From positions 105,996,340 through 106,048,227 of the forward strand of contig NC_068983.1 of assembly GCF_001194135.2 (NCBI RefSeq): a stretch of DNA of 51,888 nucleotides, in the 5' to 3' direction. Below, one piece after another: positions 45,767-51,888 of the stretch (position 1 is its first letter; each line of letters starts with the position of its first letter). The notes below the pieces were generated by a model, which was not told the DNA's origin, ran no database searches, and worked only from the letters and a program-made list of their open reading frames with translations. Source of the DNA: Octopus bimaculoides (taxonomy: Eukaryota). A program made the translations under genes and the position numbers.

Positions 45767-46119
45767 TGTGGCTTTGTGACAAGAAGTTTGCTTCCCATCC
45801 ACATGATTGCGAGTTCAATCCCACCACATGGCACCTTGGACAGATGTCTTCTATTACAGCCCCGGCCAACCAAAGTCTTGTGAGAGGATTTGTGTGTGTG
45901 TGTGTGTGTGTAAGAGTGTGTGTGCGTGTATGAATATGTGTCTGTCCATCATCACCACCTGACAGCCGGTATTGGTTTATGTCACCTCACTTAGCGGTTT
46001 GGCAAAAGAGTGTGATAGAATAAGTACGAGGCATAAAGACAAGTATTGGGATCGATTTGTTCGACTAAACCCATGAAGATGGTGCCCCAGCATGGCCGCA
46101 GTACGATAACTGAAATAAG
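45767..46119 (+). mobile_element. Composite SINE-B (head, CORE-like part, internal (TG)n, 3' extension)
   Basis: GAGTTCAATCCC B-box-like; GGCACCTTGGACAGATGTCTT CORE-like; (TG)n at 45892-45925; extension ending CAGCATGGCCGCAGTACGATAACTGAAATAAG. Confidence 0.8.
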
Positions 46120-46139
46120 CCTCCTCCTAAATTAAACGA

Positions 46140-46326
46140 TTTTAGGAGGAGAGTGTTAGTCAATTACATCGACCTCAGTACTTGACTGGTGATTTATTTC
46201 ATTGACCCCGAAAGGATGAAAGGATGGTTGAACTCGGCGGCATTTGAACTCAGAACGAAAGAGCTGTAAAAAATACAGTTAAACATTTTTGTTCAACGTG
46301 TTGACGATTCTGTCAGCTCGCTGCCC
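46140..46326 (-). mobile_element. SINE-A
   Basis: Family block with full head. Confidence 0.8.
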
Positions 46327-46343
46327 TAATAATAATAATAATA

Positions 46344-46493
46344 AATCCTTTCTCCAATAGATACAAGGCCTGAAATTTTGTGGGAGGGGACTATTCGATT
46401 ACATTGACCCCAGTGTTTGATTGATTCTTAATTAATTCACCCAGAAAGGATGAGGCAAAGTCGACCTCGGCAGATTCTGCCATCTCGCCACTT
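46344..46493 (-). mobile_element. SINE-A with internal head deletion
   Basis: Junction GACCTCGGCAG|ATTCTGCC at about 46473. Confidence 0.8.
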
Positions 46494-46511
46494 TAATAAT
46501 AATAATGATAA

Positions 46512-46666
46512 TGGTTTCAAACTTTGGCATAAAGCCAGCAATTTTCGGGGGAGGGGTTGGTTAAGTCGATTACATCGGCCCCAGTCCTTAACTGGTACTT
46601 ATTTTATCGATTCCGAAAGGATGAAAGGAGAAGTCGACCACGGTGGATTCTGCCAACTCGCCGCTT

Positions 46667-46667
<1 letters not shown>
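46512..46667 (-). mobile_element. SINE-A with the same internal head deletion
   Basis: Junction GACCACGGTGG|ATTCTGCC at about 46646. Confidence 0.8.
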
Positions 46668-46710
<43 letters not shown>

Positions 46711-46711
46711 T

Positions 46712-47080
46712 GTTGGCACTCCATCGCTTACGACGTCGAGGGTTCCAGTTGATCCGATCAACGGAACAGCCTGCTCGTGAAATTAACGTGCAAGTGGCTG
46801 AGCACTCCACAGACACATGTACCCTTAACGTAGTTCTCAGAGATATTCAGCGTGACACTGTGACAAGGCTGACTCTTTGAATTACAGGCACAACAGAAAC
46901 AGGAAGTAAGAGCGAGAGAAAGTCGTGGTGGAAGAGTACAGCAGGGTTCACCACCATCCCCTGCCGGAGCCTCGTGGAGCTTTTAGGTGTNNNNNNNNNN
47001 AACGCCCGGTCTGGGAATCGAAACCGCGATCCTATGACCACGAGTCCGCTGCTCTAACCACTGGGCCGTTGCGCTTCCAC
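46712..47080 (-). mobile_element. SINE-C: tRNA-derived SINE with (TAG)n tail
   Basis: Minus-strand head GGCCCAGTGGTTAGAGCAGCGGACTC..GGTTTCGATTCCC (A and B boxes). Tail (AGT)n at 46668-46710. 10-N gap at 46991-47000. Confidence 0.8.
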
Positions 47081-47093
47081 CACCACCACCACC

Positions 47094-47129
<36 letters not shown>

Positions 47130-47151
47130 GATAATAATAATAATAATAATA
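47078..47151. repeat. Compound (CAC)n-(TAC)n-(AAT)n microsatellite
   Basis: Direct reading. Confidence 0.95.
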
Positions 47152-47264
47152 AATTCTGGTTTTATTGGCCACAAAGGCTAATATAAATTTAAAAAAACAT
47201 GTAAAGACAAAGTCAGGACGAAGTGTTTAAAAAAGGTGATGGAGTAAGTCTCGCACCCATATGG

Positions 47265-47500
47265 GCCATGGTGGGATTTGAACTCAAGAACACGAAGATC
47301 CAGAACAAATACTGCAAGATATCCGGTCTGACATTCTTACAGTTACGCTAATCCACTACATTGGATTGGTAGTTTTGTTTTAACAATCCTGATAGGAAGA
47401 AAGGCAAAGTTAACGTCGTCGGGATTTGAACTTGGATTTCAGAGAGTCGGAATACTGCAAGGCAGTCTATCTATCCGACGCTCTAATGCTTCTGCCTATT
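47265..47500 (-). mobile_element. Two degenerate SINE-A-like head fragments
   Basis: GGGATTTGAACTCAAGAAC..AATACTGCAAG and AAAGGCAAAGTTAACGTCGTCGGGATTTGAACTT..AATACTGCAAGGCA. Confidence 0.5.
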
Positions 47501-47587
47501 CACAGAATTATCATAGATAAACTTTAGTATGATATTTTATAGGATTCTTACTTTTATAAATTAATATGTTAAAGTACCTTGAATGAT

Positions 47588-47793
47588 GTGAGCTGGCAGA
47601 ATCATTAGCACGCCGGGTAAAATGCTCAGCAGCATTTCGTCTATATGTCCTGAGTTCAAATGTGAGCAAGGCCGACTTTGCCTTTCATCCTTTCGGGGTC
47701 TATAAAATAAGTACCAGTTGAGCACTGGGGTCAATATAATCGACTTACCCCCTCCCCCGAACTTGCTGGACTTGTCAAAATTTGAAACATTTT
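47588..47793 (+). mobile_element. SINE-A, near full length
   Basis: A-box-like GGCAGAATCATTAGC, B box GAGTTCAAAT (47652-47661), core GACTTTGCCTTTCATCCTTTCGGGGTC..AAAATAAGTACCAG. Confidence 0.88.
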
Positions 47794-48150
47794 AAAGTGG
47801 TAAGTAGCCCGAAGTTTATATATATATATATTTGTTCCCAATGCATTCTCAAACGGCTCAACCAAATCAAATCAAATTTTACATAGTAATACCATCAGAC
47901 CCCGTGAGTATCAGCATGTAATTTTTTTTCATTAAAATCATGCAGCATTGGCACTGGTTTCGTATTACGTGTTAAAACTCAAAGAATAAAAGTGAAACAA
48001 TAACATCTATATTATGTGACATATTGTCTTACTTTTATACATTTACTTTTAATTCTAACCACGACGACGACAACGTCACATTTTGTATATGACTGTGTAT
48101 CTGTCTGTGTATGTATGTGTGTGAGTGAATGAATGTGTATATGTCTCACA

Positions 48151-48151
<1 letters not shown>

Positions 48152-48210
<59 letters not shown>
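48152..48210. repeat. (TG)n microsatellite
   Basis: Direct reading. Confidence 0.99.
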
Positions 48211-48211
<1 letters not shown>

Positions 48212-48858
48212 TTTCTGCGTTAGGCAAGTTATTAAACACTATATGTTACACTTTTATACTTTTACTTTTAATTCTAACTACTTTATTAAACATATATGTA
48301 TCTGAGGGCTGATCAGTGTCAATACGAAATTTCCTTTTCCTTTCCATTATTTTCATTTCGATTAAAACAATATAACATTTCATAGAGATAATCTTTCTAT
48401 TAGAAACAGGACATTTTATACCACAATGACAACGACATATGTGTGTAAGTGTATGAGTGTGTGTGTATATGTCTCAGTGTGTCTGTCTTTCCGAGTTAGA
48501 TACGTTATTAAAAATAAACACATCTGCACATACATACACATATGTGGCGACTGACATGCGTGAATGTATGTCTGTGTGTCTATCTTACTATATGTATGTG
48601 AGGGCTCGCTATACGATGGGTCGTGTTAGACGCAACGCTGGCCGCCTTAAAAGTGAGTATATCCACTGACAGCTTTCTGGTGGGTTCAAAAATAACGTAC
48701 CCCCACCACTCCCAATTTCACATGATAGGTTAGGGCATAGAATCCTCCAAACGGACGTATTACATGTCGCTTAGTCGAATTAGACCATCAATTACTCCAC
48801 AAATGTTTTACCGTCAATGCTGCACTTTCCCGTATCACATGTTTCAACATAACTGTCA

Positions 48859-49022
48859 TAGGCGTAGGAGTGGCTGTGTGGTAAGTAGTTTGCTTACCAA
48901 CCACATGGTTCCGGGTTCAGTCCCACTGCGTGGCACCTTGGGACAGTGTCTTCTACTATAGCCTCGGGCCGACCAAAGCCCTGTGAGTGGATTTGGTAGA
49001 CGAAAATTGAAAGAAACCCGTC
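48859..49022 (+). mobile_element. SINE-B (CORE-type tRNA-derived SINE)
   Basis: Head TAGGCGTAGGAGTGGCTGTGTGGTAAG..GGGTTCAGTCCC, CORE-like CACCTTGGGACAGTGTCTT, ends in (TA)n. tRNA-derived CORE SINEs (OR1/OR2) are described from octopus, but identity with them was not verified. Confidence 0.9.
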
Positions 49023-49037
49023 ATATATATATATATA

Positions 49038-49752
49038 NNNNNNNNNNNNNNNNNNNNNNNNNNNNNNNNNNNNNNNNNNNNNNNNNNNNNNNNNNNNNNN
49101 NNNNNNNNNNNNNNNNNNNNNNNNNNNNNNNNNNNNNNNNNNNNNNNNNNNNNNNNNNNNNNNNNNNNNNNNNNNNNNNNNNNNNNNNNNNNNNNNNNNN
49201 NNNNNNNNNNNNNNNNNNNNNNNNNNNNNNNNNNNNNNNNNNNNNNNNNNNNNNNNNNNNNNNNNNNNNNNNNNNNNNNNNNNNNNNNNNNNNNNNNNNN
49301 NNNNNNNNNNNNNNNNNNNNNNNNNNNNNNNNNNNNNNNNNNNNNNNNNNNNNNNNNNNNNNNNNNNNNNNNNNNNNNNNNNNNNNNNNNNNNNNNNNNN
49401 NNNNNNNNNNNNNNNNNNNNNNNNNNNNNNNNNNNNNNNNNNNNNNNNNNNNNNNNNNNNNNNNNNNNNNNNNNNNNNNNNNNNNNNNNNNNNNNNNNNN
49501 NNNNNNNNNNNNNNNNNNNNNNNNNNNNNNNNNNNNNNNNNNNNNNNNNNNNNNNNNNNNNNNNNNNNNNNNNNNNNNNNNNNNNNNNNNNNNNNNNNNN
49601 NNNNNNNNNNNNNNNNNNNNNNNNNNNNNNNNNNNNNNNNNNNNNNNNNNNNNNNNNNNNNNNNNNNNNNNNNNNNNNNNNNNNNNNNNNNNNNNNNNNN
49701 NNNNNNNNNNNNNNNNNNNNNNNNNNNNNNNNNNNNNNNNNNNNNNNNNNNN
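49038..49752. other. Assembly gap flanked by (TA)n
   Basis: N run. Confidence 1.
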
Positions 49753-49760
49753 ATATATAT

Positions 49761-49926
49761 ACGACGGGCTTCTTTCAGTTTCCGTCTACCAAATCCAGTC
49801 ACAAGGCTTTGGTCGGCCCGAGGCTATAATAGAAGACACTTGCCCAAGGTGCCACGCAGTGGGACTGAACCCAGAACCATGTGGTTGGTAAGCAAACTAC
49901 TTAATACACAGCCACTCCTGCGCCTA
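49761..49926 (-). mobile_element. SINE-B, inverted relative to 48859-49022
   Basis: Reverse complement aligns end to end with roughly a dozen substitutions. Confidence 0.9.
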
Positions 49927-50723
49927 CTTCATTTTTTTTCTTTCTCAAAAGACTTTGCTCTAATATTCCTGCATTTTCCTTCTACGAAAATGACAATTCT
50001 GCAATTTTTATTATCAAAATTTAATTTGAAAATATAAAAATATTAGTCCCTCTCTTTCATTAATGTTTGCCTTCACCATAAGGTAGGTATAAGGCTCTTC
50101 CACCAAAATGCTTAGATCTTTCTGACATGGTGAAATGCAAAACAACTGAAGTAAAAAGCAATTTAAAATAAAATAAAATAAAAACTTACAGAAAAATAAA
50201 AATGAAAAACAAAGAGAAAAATATGGCTGAAAAGCCAATTTTTGTTATCAAGTTCAAGTTCAGGGTGTTGAAATTGGAAAGCTTCCGTTACACTATTTAT
50301 AACAAATGAAAACCTTCAGCGTATTTCTAGCGGAATTTCCAAAACAAGCAGTCAGCGCTGTCATAGAATATACAACACAAAATTTGTAAAAAGGAAAGCA
50401 TTTCGAAAGTTGAAGAATAGTAGTGGTAGCAGTAGTAGTAGTAGTAGTAGCAAGCCAGGCGAGCTTTCCTACTGTAAACTCCAACATTGTTTTGGTTCTT
50501 GTCTGCATCTTTGACTGATTTCCTAGGTTGCACCCGTTTTAGGCTACTTTTCACACTCACACACGCTGATACAGTTTACAGTAGAAAACCACACACACAC
50601 ACACACACACACGTTCGTTCATTCGTTGCGAAAGATGCTCAATGCATGTAGAAGATATGTTCTTTTTTTCTTTTATTAAAACATATGATAGTTTGCACTA
50701 GAAAATTATATATATATATATAT

Positions 50724-50770
50724 GGTGGGCTTCTTTCAGTTTCTGTCAAGCAAATCCACTCACAAGGATT
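50724..50770 (-). mobile_element. SINE-B 3' fragment running into assembly gap (N 50771-50973)
   Basis: GGTGGGCTTCTTTCAGTTTCTGTCAAGCAAATCCACTCACAAGG matches 49763-49806. Confidence 0.75.
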
Positions 50771-50973
50771 NNNNNNNNNNNNNNNNNNNNNNNNNNNNNN
50801 NNNNNNNNNNNNNNNNNNNNNNNNNNNNNNNNNNNNNNNNNNNNNNNNNNNNNNNNNNNNNNNNNNNNNNNNNNNNNNNNNNNNNNNNNNNNNNNNNNNN
50901 NNNNNNNNNNNNNNNNNNNNNNNNNNNNNNNNNNNNNNNNNNNNNNNNNNNNNNNNNNNNNNNNNNNNNNNNN

Positions 50974-50986
50974 ATACATACATACA

Positions 50987-51015
<29 letters not shown>
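50974..51015. repeat. (CATA)n microsatellite
   Basis: Direct reading. Confidence 0.98.
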
Positions 51016-51019
<4 letters not shown>

Positions 51020-51355
51020 TCTTTCCTCATTGATTTTTCAAATACAAACTTCTCAGATGTAGAGAAGAGAGGCAATGAGTATATTTAGTAACTGTCTTTC
51101 AAAGGATTATAGGAAAACATACATGATGTAATATGGTTAGAAATGGCTGCATAAAGGATTGGAAACCAGGTCGCTGTCTCAAGTAGTCACGGATTCACCT
51201 ATTCTCCACGATGCTCTCTTCATTATAAGTTTAATATTATCATAATTAAGTTACCGTATACATATTGTTAGTGTGTGTGTGTGTATGTCTACTGCTATGT
51301 TTCTATGTATAAGAGGTCCTGATAAGTGCAAGAACTGTTCAGTCAGCCCTGTTCA

Positions 51356-51360
<5 letters not shown>

Positions 51361-51398
<38 letters not shown>
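51361..51398. repeat. (AG)n microsatellite
   Basis: Direct reading. Confidence 0.99.
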
Positions 51399-51401
<3 letters not shown>

Positions 51402-51853
51402 ATAATACAAACATTTAGGAGGTCCACTTTGATGGATTCACACCAACACACACGCAAAGAAAAAAATAATAAATTGCATTTCTGTGTCTAATTATGTAGA
51501 TGTACATATGTATATATATATATATGACGCTCCAGGTATACACACAGACATGTAGTTAAACAAAAGCCCGAAAAACTTGTTTAACCAATTTAATGTTGAG
51601 CTGTTCGTATAAGATAACGACACATCTGGTTAGTGTAATATGCATAAATTAAAAACTCCTATTTTAATTGTAGGTGTGCATCTATGTTCTGCATTCTATT
51701 AGTGTGTGTCTCTTTACATATTATTTACGTTGATGGTGGAGTGCATGGTTCTATGGCAGAAATAATAATGATTATTCATGACAGTGGGGAAAGATGGCAT
51801 TATAATTAACGGATTTACTAGATATACATTCACACGTATACATGTGTACATGC

Positions 51854-51855
<2 letters not shown>

Positions 51856-51888
<33 letters not shown>
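51856..51888. repeat. (CT)n microsatellite at window end
   Basis: Direct reading. Confidence 0.99.

Noticed and set aside
47001-47080. tRNA gene calls for A/B-box segments (also 19806-19845 and 33005-33050)
   Set aside because: They continue into SINE bodies and tails or are fragmentary, and I could not build a complete cloverleaf.
50293-50560. Protein-like minus-strand ORFs (MSVKSSLKRVQPRK.., MQTRTKTMLEF..)
   Set aside because: Short, partly (TAC)n-derived, with no splice or homology support.
50469-50584. 12-bp inverted repeat CTACTGTAAACT / AGTTTACAGTAG
   Set aside because: One such match is plausible by chance in 50 kb of AT-rich DNA; there is no TSD or extended pairing.

Overview
AT-rich, microsatellite-dense eukaryotic DNA from a gapped draft assembly with 8 N-runs. 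It is most likely an octopod cephalopod (Octopus); this is inferred from remembered repeat families and was not verified by search. I find no intact protein-coding gene, rRNA, true tRNA or CRISPR array, so the window reads as intergenic or large-intron DNA. Identifiable content is almost entirely transposable-element debris. DNA transposons: four copies of a MITE with GGATC termini, an 8-bp TSD (exact at three copies) and internal TTAGGG repeats (Merlin-like); a second GGATC-ended family; a near-full-length decayed mariner; two mariner MITEs; Tc1 and Tigger/pogo transposase remnants; hAT-Charlie and piggyBac-type MITEs; and a non-autonomous Helitron. Retroelements: four RTE-clade LINE 3' remnants, L2/CR1-type remnants and many tRNA-derived SINEs (working labels SINE-A, SINE-B, SINE-C). 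The signals most worth checking are the head-to-head telomeric hairpin and apparent arm-to-arm conversion in the Merlin-like MITE, a Penelope-type hammerhead-like motif at 23547-23582, and the same 64-nt hairpin-skipping deletion in two adjacent SINE subtypes. None of these is shown to be a new system. All are hypotheses with tests listed.
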